Shown in pieces: positions 11,960 through 23,115 of a stretch of 64,000 nt of DNA. Origin of the DNA: Flaccisagitta enflata (Eukaryota). A program made the position numbers and the translations under genes. Positions within the stretch are counted from its first letter, which is position 1. Every line of letters starts with the position of its first letter. Where the stretch lies: assembly GCA_965153355.1 (NCBI GenBank), contig OZ231126.1, positions 9,982,001-10,046,000 on the forward strand, given 5' to 3'. The notes below the pieces were generated by a model. The model saw nothing but the letters and a program-made list of their open reading frames with translations. It had not been told where the DNA came from and searched no databases.

Positions 11960-14900
11960 CTCATCCTCCTTTCTTCTATTTCTTCTTCTTCTCTCCTTTG
12001 TCTGTCTGTCCGACATCGATCCTGTCCGACATGGTACAGCTGCCGCGGCAGCTGCGGAAGCCCCTTCAAATACGCCGCTGTCGGCGTGCGCCATCACTAA
12101 ACATGATCGTAAATTCTCCGTTCTAAAGTTCCTCGGCGGGGAGAAGCTTCGAAAATTGGAAAAACAATTGACGTACGACAAAACGACGTTGTTCGGGGCA
12201 GATCCTAACGCCAATCCTCCTGTTGCGGGCGCTCCCGACCACTATCGTAGTCTGAAAGAAGCCTTAACCGCTCATTTTGCGCCGTGCGTCAACGAGACTT
12301 ACGCCCGTTTTCAATTCCGGTCAATCAACCAAGAGGAATCGGAATCCGTCGACTCCTTCATTACGCGACTCCGTGCACAAGCCAATCGGTGCGCCTTTCA
12401 CGCCAGCGATATCGACAGCCAGATTCGCGACCAGATCGTTTTCGGGTGTTTATCGAAAAAAATTCGACGCAAAGCTCTTGCTGAGAACTTGGCGCTAGAG
12501 CGGCTCATTCAGGTTGCGCGGGCCGAGGAGTCCGCACGTGTCAATGCTGCGGAAATCGAAAAAGTCGGCGAAATGCGCGCCGACGACTCTGCTGACGTTT
12601 TCAAAATTTCGAAGAAGCCCGGAAAGTACAGCAACAAATCCGGTCTCTCGCAAAAGGGGCAAAGTTCTAAAGATGTAACGCCAAATCCGCCGCGGGCAGA
12701 TCCCAAATGCTACAATTGTGGGGGTCCGTACCCACATTTGAAAGGCAAGATCTGTCCGGCAAAAGGAAAAACTTGCAACAAATGTTCAAAGCTCAACCAC
12801 TTCGCGTCGCAATGCCGTGGTGAACAGAAAGTCCTTGCAGCAGCTGTGGACCTCGATTCCTCTGACGATTTCGACGTCACCGCTGATCTTGGGGAGGTTA
12901 AGTGCGTCGGCTCCCTCGTTGAAAAGCCAAAATTCGTACCGGTTAGGTCGAAAGAAGGCATCATCGAATTTAATCCTGACACCGGTGCTGACGTCACTTT
13001 AATCGACGGTTCTACGTTTTCCACGCTCCGCCCTCAGCCATCTCTACAGCAAACTACCGTCAAACTCATGCCGTATGGAGCTACGAAACCTCTTGTGCTA
13101 CGGGGATGTTACCCTACGATCTTGGAGGTTGGAGGAAGACAGGTTCGCGAAAGAGTCTATGTATCATCACAGTCAAATTGACAGGTCTCGCTTTTATTGC
13201 GTGCGGCTTGCAAAGCTCTGGGTCTTGTTACTCTTCACTTTCCGGACGTCAACATTCATCATGTGGGTCAGGATCGCTCGAATTCAGGTCCCGGTGATCA
13301 GACTGACCATCCACTGCTGGCGAATTACCCAGAAATCACCAAAGGTGTTGGCTGCCACAAACACGTCTCAATCTCTCTCCCATTGAAAGAGGGTGCCAGG
13401 CACAGCGTTGCTCCGACTTCGAGAATTCCGATCAACTTGCTACCAAAGGTGAAAGAAGAATTGGATCGACTCGAGTCAGAGGGTGTCTTCGAATCCGTCC
13501 CAGTCGACGACAATGTTCAGAGCATCAGCCGTCTTGTCCCAGTCCCCAAACGCATCGAGGGCTCAGACCAAGTGGGGGTCCGCATTACATTTGATTGGCG
13601 GGAGCTCAACAAAAATCTCGATAAAGTACACCACCAGGTGATGACAGTCGAGGAACTGAAGGCAGTTCTGGCCAAAGCGAAAAGATTCTCTCAGGTGGAT
13701 CTGAAGGACGCCTTTTATCAGCTTCCTTTGGACGAGGAGAGCAAGAAATTGACGACGTTTTCAACCCCTTGGGGGCTCAAACATTGCACCAGACTTGTAC
13801 AGGGTGCAACACCATCCTCGGCGATATGTCATGAAGTGCTACGCCGCGATCTAGAGTCAAACCCGGGTGCGATAAACATCGCTGATAACATCTTGGTTTT
13901 TGGCTGTGGAGATACAGATGAAGAGGCATCAAGGAACCACGACAAGGCCCTGAAAGATGTCTTTGAAATGTTTCGGCGAACCGGCCTTACAATCAACAAG
14001 AAAAAGTGCTCTTTTAACACTACCAGCACAAAATTTTTCGGATACATTTTTTTGGCGAATGGAATCTCGCCGGATCCGGAGAAAGTCCAAACCCTTGAAC
14101 AAGCCGAGGCCCCGTCTTCAAAAGAGGATGTAAGATCCTTCCTCGGTCTCGCGGGATTCAATTCACAGTTCATTCCGGATTTTGCTACCATGGCGGAGCC
14201 ATTGCGCAATCTAACGAAGAAAGGGACTCCATTTCGCTGGGAAAAGGGGGAACAAAGCGCTTTCAAGTCAATCACTGGAGCAATCTCTGAGTCGACTCTT
14301 CTCTCCTACTTTGACACAAACAAAGAAACGGCCCTTTTCACAGACGCTTCCCCGGTTGGCGTAAATGCCATTCTGGCCCAAATGGACGGAGATGGGCGCT
14401 GGCGCCCAGTCAACATAGCAAGTCGCGCCTTGAATCGCACAGAAAAAGAATCTTACCACCAACTGGAGAGGGAGGCGATCGCGATGCAGTTCGGATGCGA
14501 GCGGTTTAAGATGTTTCTACAGGGCATTCCGTTTATTCACTTCATTGATCCGGAACCTCTTAAGAAGATGATGGAAAAGACAAAGCGAGACGCGCCGGCC
14601 CGCATCGAGAAGGTTCGTCTCAAGCTTCAGGGCTTCAATGCCACTATCAAGTTGGTCAAAGGAAAGTACAATCCAGCTGATTATCTCTCGCGCCATCCGC
14701 TTCCTTACCGTTTCTGCTCCAAAGCAGAACGCGCGAGCATCAGGGACATTCAAAGTCATCTCTTCTTTGTCGCCAAGAAACTACCGGAGGCTATCACGGT
14801 TCCGCGGATCAGGGAGGAAATAAAAAACGATGCTGCCTTAGTTGAAGTCATGAAATTGCTGCATTCAGGGGTAAAGAACTGCCCTGCCGACAGACGCCTT

Positions 14901-16788
14901 GTTCCTTTCAAACCGATATGGTCCGAGCTTTCCATTGGACTGGACATACTTCTTCACGGGGAGAGAGTGGTGCTGCCACGGACTTTGGTCTGAGAGGCTC
15001 TCGCACTTGCTCATCAGGGCCATATGGGAGTCAGCAAAACTAAGAGCTATCTTCGTTCCTCAGTTTGGTTCCCCAAAATGGACATCGAAGTGGAGACTAT
15101 GGTCAAATCGTGCCTTCCGTGTCAAGCCGTCACGTCCGAAACCCGTAGAGAACCCCTCTGCATGACGCTGCTTCCCGACGAACCTTGGCAGCTGGTCGCA
15201 GCAGATATTTTTGGTCCTCTTCCAAATGGGGATAAGGTTCTTGTTCTCAAGTGCCTGCGATCAAAGTGGCCTGAAATCAAAATTTTCTCCCGCAATCAGT
15301 CTACGGATGCTGCGGGTGTCACCTCTGCCATGGAGACGATGTTCTCGACTCACGGCATTCCCGACGTCATTCGTACGGACAACGGGCCACCATTTAACAG
15401 CAAGTATTTTACAGCTTTTTCGCAGAAATTTGGCTTCCACCATCAAAAGGTTACGCCCCTCTGGCCGGAGGCGAATGGTCAAGTAGAGGCGTTCATGAAG
15501 TGTTTGGGAAAAGTAGCCCTCACGGCCAATGTGGAGAAGCGGGATTGGAAAAGAGCCGTCAACGACTTTCTGCGGAGCTATCGCGCGACGCCGCATCCGT
15601 CGACGGGCGTTTCGCCTGCACAATTGATGTACCCCCAGCGTCGTTTCAAGACAGAGCTGCCTCAACTCTTCTCCAAATCATCTTCCGACGCTGCGGTTAA
15701 GAAATTCAACGAAGCTGCGACACGAAGGGCTAAGTCTTACGCCGATCTGAAACGCAAAGCTGCTCCTCATCCACTGTTGGTCGGCGATTCCGTTCTTGTT
15801 CGTCAGCGAAAACAAAACAAACTATCGTCTTGCTACAATCCCATTCCTTATAAAGTAGTGGCTCTTAAGGGCTCTATGGTCTCTGCGAAGAGGAAAGGAC
15901 ACTCCATCGTTAGGAATTCCTCTTTCTTTAAGAAGATCTCAACTCCTTCAATCTGCTACAAACATCCAACATCATCACCAAAGTCCGCGGTTTCTTCACA
16001 ACGTTCATTGGCTCTTCCGACTTTCTTCTCCAGTCTAGAATCAGGACCCGAGTCCAGCGAAGACGGCAATGGTCGTCAGGCGGCTGAAGGCAATCAATTG
16101 CTAGCTTATAACAACGGTCAACCACAAATCGAAAATCGCGATGGCAACGTTGGACCGGCCGAGCATGACTCAGAGGCCGAGGACGACTCAAAGGCCGAGC
16201 TTGACTTGATTGAGAGAGGCATGGATGTTGTGTCTCGATTATCAATCTATACCCATTGACTTATGCGTTATATGATTAGATGATTCTCATTGATTGTTAT
16301 ATGATTTGTTCATATTATCGCTTCTTTATTCTCACCAGTGATGGCCCGTTTTTAACATACATACTATTGTTTTTATCTCAACCATTTCCAGTGCCAGTGA
16401 CAAACTCGAATATCACACCGTCCGCGACTGATTTGTCGTGTATCAGGCCTTGTTCCTTGGTTCCCCTCCGCGGCTAAATATTCTCGTATCGTCTCGAAGA
16501 ATGCCATAAATAATAACAAACCCCTCACCTCTAGACCGCATTCCTCTTTGGTTTCCCTCGTCGCGCATTCTCAAGGATGCCACAAAATCATAACAAACCC
16601 CTTACCTCTAAACCGCATTCCTCTTTGGTTTCCCTCCTGGCGCATTCTCGTACGGATTCGCCTTCTTGGACTTTGCCACCGAATCCATTCCATTTGCCCA
16701 TTCCAAATCCGCGTTTCTTCATTCCAAGCAACACGTCACCACTCGCTTTGTCACGCAGCAAAACCAGAGTCAACAATTTGTTTTTCAT
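10396..16788 (-). CDS. NUDT1: Oxidized purine nucleoside triphosphate hydrolase (8-oxo-dGTPase, MTH1)
   Basis: Exon 1 16788-16606 encodes [37 protein letters not shown] (Nudix box). Exon 2 10692-10396 encodes [26 protein letters not shown]. The phase-0 GT-AG intron contains a Gypsy element. Confidence 0.93.
11251..16259 (+). pseudogene. Gypsy gag-pol, disrupted by a MITE and two in-frame TGA stops
   Basis: ATG 11251 ([20 protein letters not shown]) rejoins the 12156 ORF in frame once the MITE is removed. Contains CCHC knuckles, protease DTGA, RT ([15 protein letters not shown]), RNase H (TDASPVG) and integrase (HQGH..C..C, DIFGP, TDNGPPF). Stops at 13179 and 14991 are in the same frame. Confidence 0.9.
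11370..12080. mobile_element. 711-bp hAT-type MITE inside Gypsy gag, with an internal (CT)n tract
   Basis: TIR CAGCGGCGTAT(C/T)TGA. 8-bp TSD TCGGCGTG at 11362-11369 and 12081-12088. Subterminal TGTCCGAC and GCAGCTGCCGC repeats. Confidence 0.9.
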
Positions 16789-17953
16789 TTTCAGTGTTTT
16801 CCTTACTTTTTGGAGTTTTAAGGAATTGTTCGAACAATCGGTAAATCTTTTGTCTAACTGAGATTTACGCCAATTTTTTAGGCTCATATGCCGTCGACCA
16901 ACTACGAGGGTGCATCCCTCAAAACATTTTTTAAAGACAAGTAAATATGTAAATAACAAAGAAATCAGGCAGAAATAAAAAAGGCACGTGGGGAAGGGGG
17001 GGGAACAAAAAATCGACTTTAAGTGTATACAATTCCATCCAGCGGATCACCGAGAAGGAAGAAGGAAACAAAGGGGCAAGAGGGAGAGAATGATTAAGAG
17101 TTAGAACAGAGAGACCGGGGGAGAAATAAGGAGCATAAGGCTGTGGATTTCCTTTACGACAGGAATCGTGAGACGACGGATTAACAATGTAAATAACGGC
17201 GTTGGTTTGTGAAAACCAACTCAACAAGTAATAGGAAATACAACTAAGTATAAGTAACACGTCGAAAATGGAATGAGAACCATGCCTCGATATCCGGATA
17301 TACCACTCAACGGCAACCCTGAAATGAAAGAATATAGTAGAAAAGCACCACAAAGCGCGTCACACACACGCACAAGATGATAACACATGACAACATGGAG
17401 GCCCCTTCGGTCCCATGATAAATCCGCATGATCGCATTGTCATCATCTACGGTTTAACACAAGATACAGTTGAACCCCACTTTCATAATCCTTGTAGAAT
17501 ACTATCTTTTTTCCTTTAGCGACAAAGACATTGTTACAATGTTCCATTAGATAATCATTAATGAGAGAAAGATCTACATTTGCTATTTTTGATTTAGTTG
17601 GTTAAATTTACCTAAACTAGTTTCAAAAGTCATCATCGATGATCGACCGACGTAAACCGCGTTGTACAAATCAAATGATAAGTCGCCATCCTTGTGATTA
17701 TTTGTTCCATCACGCAATCTCGCCCTTATCAACTCCGCCCCTTTTCATAGCATCATCATGAATCACAAATTTCATGTTCAAACCGTATTTGTCGTTTCAC
17801 CGCTCTTCCATCGAACCAACATTCAAAAAATTTAATCATATGTAATCAATCTTACAAAACATAAGCGTCTTCGTCGTGTTCAAACCATATTTGTGAACTA
17901 ATCATCAAACAAACATTCATGGCTAAAAACTCTCAACCACCATCATCTCATTC

Positions 17954-19806
17954 CTAAAGCATGACAACGTCATCGTCGTCGTCTTCTTCCAGCGGCAGCG
18001 AGTCATCGGTGAGATCGACGAAGACAGATTTAGGTGCCGGTTTCAACACGTTCGTCACTTGAATGTCGTCGTCGTCAACGACGTCTTCATCATCGTCGTC
18101 ATCGTCGTCGAGGAGGACTTCGTCGTCGGCGCGGCTTTGAGATTTGCCGCCGGCGATTCGGTCGTCGATGCGCTTGTCTTTGGAGGCTTTGGGCTGCCAG
18201 AATCCGTCGGCGTAAACGACGACTTCTTCGTCTTCTTTCCCGCTTTTAGATAAAACCTCCACGAAAAACGCGTCTTCGATCAAAAGCGCGGAGGAAATCT
18301 CCAAATTGCAAATCGGACAGAAACTGCACCGTGAGGAGAAGAAAATATGGTTACGAATGAGTAAGAGGTAGGCTAAGTTAATTTTACTGTGGTGTGGAGT
18401 CAAATGAGCAGGATCACGGTTCCTTGTAATTAGTGCAGGCAAAATGAGAGTGATACAACCAGAATTCCTGGCAGCTTCCTAGCCCCGCATCAGGCCATCG
18501 CTCTATCTAGTGAATTTCCAGTACAACTCGGATATATCATCAGATTCTGGTCCTATTTTCTCATGACTCAGCCGTACCTTTTCTTCTTTTTATCTCGAGA
18601 GACCTTCTCCAATTTAATAAAAGTGTCTCTGTCAAAGGGTTGGACGTGATTGCAGATGGTAGCGCGGACGGGATTTTTGATGCGGCATTTGCCGATGGGA
18701 CAAACCAGCTTCATGTCCAATCGATTTGTCTCGATCACAGTCTCGTCCAAGTTGTTATTGTTTTTATTAGCGGCGGAGAAAAAGGCCCGAATGTGAGGAC
18801 TGTCCCAACGGTACACGTTACTGGGAGGAGGAGGAGGAGGAGGTGGTGCGGTTTGAGCGGCTGATTTGGATGTCGAGTCTTTAGGAAAAGGAGGGAGGAC
18901 GGGAGAGAGTGGAGGGAGAGGAGACAAAGGAGGAAGAGGGGATAGAGGAGGTAAAGGAGAAAGAGGAGGCAAAGGAGAAAGAGGATGAAAAGGCGAGGCG
19001 GTTTCCGACGATTGATGCGTTCCATTGGCGAGAAACTGTTTGACTCTGTTTTTGACTTGAGATGGCGTTGCCGCGTTGTTCGTCTCGATCATCCACTGAC
19101 CGAGACTCTTTTGCAACTTCTTGCAGTCTTTCTTCATGAGTTTGATCTGCTTCCGGAGTTGTTTCTCTTTCGTGGTCTTTTTAGCGATTTTTGAGCGTGA
19201 GGAACGTCGCAGTCTCGAGTCGTCGTCGTCGTCGTCGTCGTCGTTGTCATTCTCTTGTTCATCGTCGCCATTTTCATCTTCGTTTGGGGTATCCACTGCG
19301 TCTTTAGCCGTCGTTTTGTCACCCCTGGAATGTGAAGAAGCCCCGCTTGCGACGTTATTCCGCAACGGAGCGGGCGTTGAAGCAGTAACGTCGACACTTT
19401 CGTCGTCGGGTTTCTTTTTGGACATCTTTTTCGCAGTTTTTGAGGTATCACTAGCCTTGGACGTGGATTTTGGAAAGTCGTCGTAACTCAGTTCCAAAAC
19501 GCGGAGATTCGGCGGCACTTCCGGTGAGGGTTTCTTCCTCTTCTCCTTTGTCGTCGTCGTCGTCGTCTTCCTTTTCTTCACGGCATCTTTCGTCTCATCG
19601 GCGGATGTCTTGGAATATCGTCCGCTCTTCACATCCAATCTCATTGAAGAGGCATGCGGCACATCACTAGCCTTGGCTACGGGAGTCGCTGTGCTTTTTC
19701 TCGTACCGAGAGATGATGATGATGCCTCAGCTGCCGTCTTCGTGGCCGACGTCTTAATAGCCGTCGCTTTTGTACGGCCTCCTCCCTTCGTCGTCGTTGG
19801 CCTCAT
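17954..19806 (-). CDS. SP-RING (zf-MIZ) protein with C-terminal SUMO-interacting motif; PIAS-like SUMO E3 ligase candidate
   Basis: Exons 19806-18578 and 18323-17954 (phase-2 GT-AG intron). Spliced domain LDMKLVCPIGKCRIKNPVRATICNHVQPFD..FCPICN..LLIEDAFFVEVL, followed by an acidic tail with VFVDLTDD. Confidence 0.8.
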
Positions 19807-20365
19807 TCTTGGTAGCTGCAGATTGACAGATGCGAAAAATTGAGTCCTCTTCCCTCATGTGAATCATCTAAGATTTTTTTTTAAAAAGAAAAAATAATTG
19901 TAAATCAAGAAATTACATTTTTGTATACTAGACGAAACAACGATTCCATCAGGTTGATCATTTGAGGCGTTTAAAAACTGAAAAAATAGGCCGACTCCGC
20001 GAGTGTCAAAATTTCAAGGGATAGGGCATGAGTACTGATGCGCTAGCGAGGTTAAGGCAGAAGCACCGAGAAATCAAAAAGACCATTTAAAAATCACAGT
20101 ATGCTTGAAAAGTAGATTAAGACACTACTGCATCATCATTACAATAGTCTGATAATCGCCCGATTCGGCGTAAACAAATAACACCTCACTTCAAATAACA
20201 CTACATCTTATCAGCTACCACAAACACGGAGAACCACCATTTGATTCTATCTTTGGCATGTATCAGAACTTCAGAAAAGCGAGGGACATCCGCGCCTACT
20301 CGCCGTGTATTTGCTAGAAGAATACTGGCGATGAGCTAGTTGCGCAACGCGGGGGGAGCTTTTTC

Positions 20366-20455
<90 letters not shown>

Positions 20456-20456
20456 C

Positions 20457-22054
20457 TCAGCGATGCGGTACCACTTTCCAACTGTAAACGACGATGCCGA
20501 CAACAACGAGAGAATAAGCGAGAAAGTAATGGTAATCCAACTTCAACCCAAACAAAAATATGCCGAACAAGAAAGTGTAAAAGTCCGAAGTGAGGAGAGA
20601 GATGTTGAAGACGGCGGCGGACGTGAGTTTAAGCGTGAGAGGGACGATGGAATACATGAGGAAGAGACAGACGTTGAAGCCGAAGATGTAGAGGAAGATC
20701 AAAGAGGTGGAGGCGTGGGAAGTGAGCAGACTCGCTTCGCGCCATTCCAAGATCAAGAACTGAGCCCCGTTGATCAAACTGCCGAAGAGTCCGAGAAAAG
20801 CCAGGAATTCGTGCAGTTGACCGAAACTGCCGATACTATTTCCGGTGGAACCACTTCCGCCGCCGTCTCCGCCGCTGCTCCTGTCACCACCGCCGCTTCC
20901 ACCGACTCCATCGCTATTCCCGCCGCTGTTAGGACTTCTGCTTTGAACACTTCCTCTCGGGGTAGTCCCTCCACCAACCGCGCCACCGCTTCTCGTGGCT
21001 CGCCTGTCGTCCCTGGCGCCAATCCCCACACTGGCGGAGACGAAATACTCTTGACCGACGTTGGAAAAGCCGTAACAAGACGCGCCGAGAATCGCCAGCA
21101 AATCACCCAACCAGAAAAACTTGTCGTCCGTGTCATCTGCTTCATCTGTTGTAATCTGGATGTCGTCGGAAACGAAAGAGTCTTTGGGCATCGGCTGAAT
21201 CATTGAGGAATTGACGTCCTCCGCCAACCAGGCGATCCACGCCGCCGTCGAGGCTTCGATCGACGCGTCGGCGTCCTTGTCAGCGGCGCTCGTTTCCGAC
21301 AGATTCCGACGGTAATCGGCGTAAATCATGAGCGACATTCCGGCCATAGCCACTCCAACTCCGATGAAGTGTATCCAGCGGTATCGATACTTCAAGACGA
21401 TCCAAGACAAGAACAGCACCACCGGAATCGTTACGCTGTCTAAAAGCTGCACGGACGTGAGGGAAGTGTAATGGTACGCTTTCACCATCATATAGTTTCC
21501 TGAGGAGAGAGAGAATGGAAAAGTGAGGGGGAGAAAACTTCGGTTAATATAAAGCTTGTGCCACTCACTGAGAAAGGGGAAACAGAATCTGTTTTCTTGT
21601 TAGGTGATGTAATTCAAAGGCTAATGAAAGCGGAAATCAAGCACATTCGGTTAGCACTCGAACCTTCGACGTCAAACAAGGCGATGAGGAGATATTTCCA
21701 CCAACGCTCATTGAAGATCCGCACGAGCGCATCTTTGGGCGTTTTAAGCGCGAAAGATAGAGAAAAGACGAAAGCCAGGCAAAAATAATTGCCGAAACTC
21801 TGCAAGGTCGGGATATCGACTTGATGGCGGACGAGTAATGTGCTGAAGACGGCCGTGCCGCACACCAACCCCGACACGATTTGACACAGCAACAGACCCT
21901 TGAAGAAGTCGCATCTTGGGTGGACGGGATGATCGCGAGTCCGAGAATCGGCCGAACCGGAAGTGTCGTTTGAAGCGCGACGCGTTTCGAGTCTATGACT
22001 CTGGTGGTCTTCGGAATTCGGAAGGAGGTCCGCGTTGGAGTGAAAATCACTCAT
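20457..22054 (-). CDS. Solute carrier family 35 member F1/F2-like transporter (DMT superfamily)
   Basis: Exons 22054-21664 and 21499-20457 give [58 protein letters not shown] and SAAVFNISLLTSDFY. The true start is uncertain; the frame stays open upstream to 22510. Confidence 0.85.
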
Positions 22055-22199
22055 CCTGACGTCATCCTTGGAATGAGGAACTCGTAACGCGGAAGGGTAA
22101 GTAGATGAATGATGATGATAACAAGTTGAGGAGTGAGCGGCCGAATGATGAAAACAAGTTGAGGAGTGAGGAGGTGAGTGAAGATAATGAAAATGAGGC

Positions 22200-22420
22200 G
22201 ACTCAGGTGACTGAAGAGGAGCTCGAGGAGGATGTGACTGAAGAGGAGCTCGAAGAGGAGGTGACTGAAGAGGAGCTCGAGGATGAGGAGGAGGTGACTG
22301 AAGAGGAGCTCGAGGAAAAGTAGGTTGAGGAAAAGGTGACTGAAGAGGAGCCCGAGGAAAAGGAGGTTGAGGTTCAGGTGACTGAAGAGGAGCTCGAGGA
22401 AAAGGAGGTTGAGGAAGAGG
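22200..22420. repeat. ~27-bp minisatellite GGTGACTGAAGAGGAGCTCGAGGAGGA
   Basis: About six direct copies are visible. Confidence 0.8.
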
Positions 22421-23115
22421 ATATTGGGACGATCGCGTAAGTCTCGTGCCGTTTTCTCGCTGCATTTCGCTGAGGTACGCTTCTTTGGAGTTTCTTGATC
22501 TTCTTTTCATTGATTTGGTTTCTCATTGGAATTCTTTGGAACTTATCTCTCCTTGTCTTTGGAGCCAGTATTTCCTTGTCTTTTCTTAAAAGAAACAATC
22601 GTCTAGAAATCTTAAGCTGCAAACTAGAAATCGTTCTGTTTTGTAGTAAATACGACTTTTTATCATGTAAACGCCGTTAAAAGTCGTGTGAAATTTAAAT
22701 CATATGACAACTTGTGTAAAAACCAAATTAAATAAATTACCGGACGAGAAATGTGATTTTTTGTGCGACTAAAAACGATGCGAAGGCACGAAAAGTGATG
22801 AAATCTACGTAGTGAGATCCGTAATAAGACGAACACGATTTGTCAGTGTATTAAACTAATAATCATAGAAACTAAATACATATTTTGTATGTATCAAAAC
22901 TAATAAACGTAGAATTGCGATTACAGGAACGATCAATGCAAAAACTCCCGATTGTTATATGCAGAAGTCTAAAGAGCTTCAAATATAAAACCCAAAAATA
23001 AATGGACGGAATTTTGTACTGGATAGAAAAGGACGGAATTTTATTCATTTCATTTTTCATCAGTGGACGGAATGACAAATGACGATTAGGAAAATTTTTA
23101 AAAAAGAGTGTGAAA

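Larger units (their letters stand above)
11019..16417 (+). mobile_element. Ty3/Gypsy LTR retrotransposon (Mag-like single gag-pol), full length, in the NUDT1 intron
   Basis: LTRs 11019-11210 and 16226-16417 (192 bp, TG..CA) look identical. TSD CCGTC at 11014-11018 and 16418-16422. PBS TGGCGCAGT at 11212 (tRNA-Ser-like) and purine tract GAGAGAGGCATGGA before the 3' LTR. Confidence 0.95.

Noticed and set aside
13179-14993. TGA readthrough or selenocysteine recoding in Gypsy pol
   Set aside because: One stop falls at the end of the protease and the other in the integrase zinc-finger lead-in, both where Arg fits. The RT catalytic motif is also mutated.
17020-17400. Possible solo LTR between NUDT1 and the SP-RING gene
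   Set aside because: It ends in ..CAACA, but no matching TSD or second copy was found in the window.
20463-21206. Plus-strand ORFs antisense to host genes (also 6723-8798, 24506-25264 and 45306-47995)
   Set aside because: Shadow frames of GC-rich coding exons with no independent motifs.
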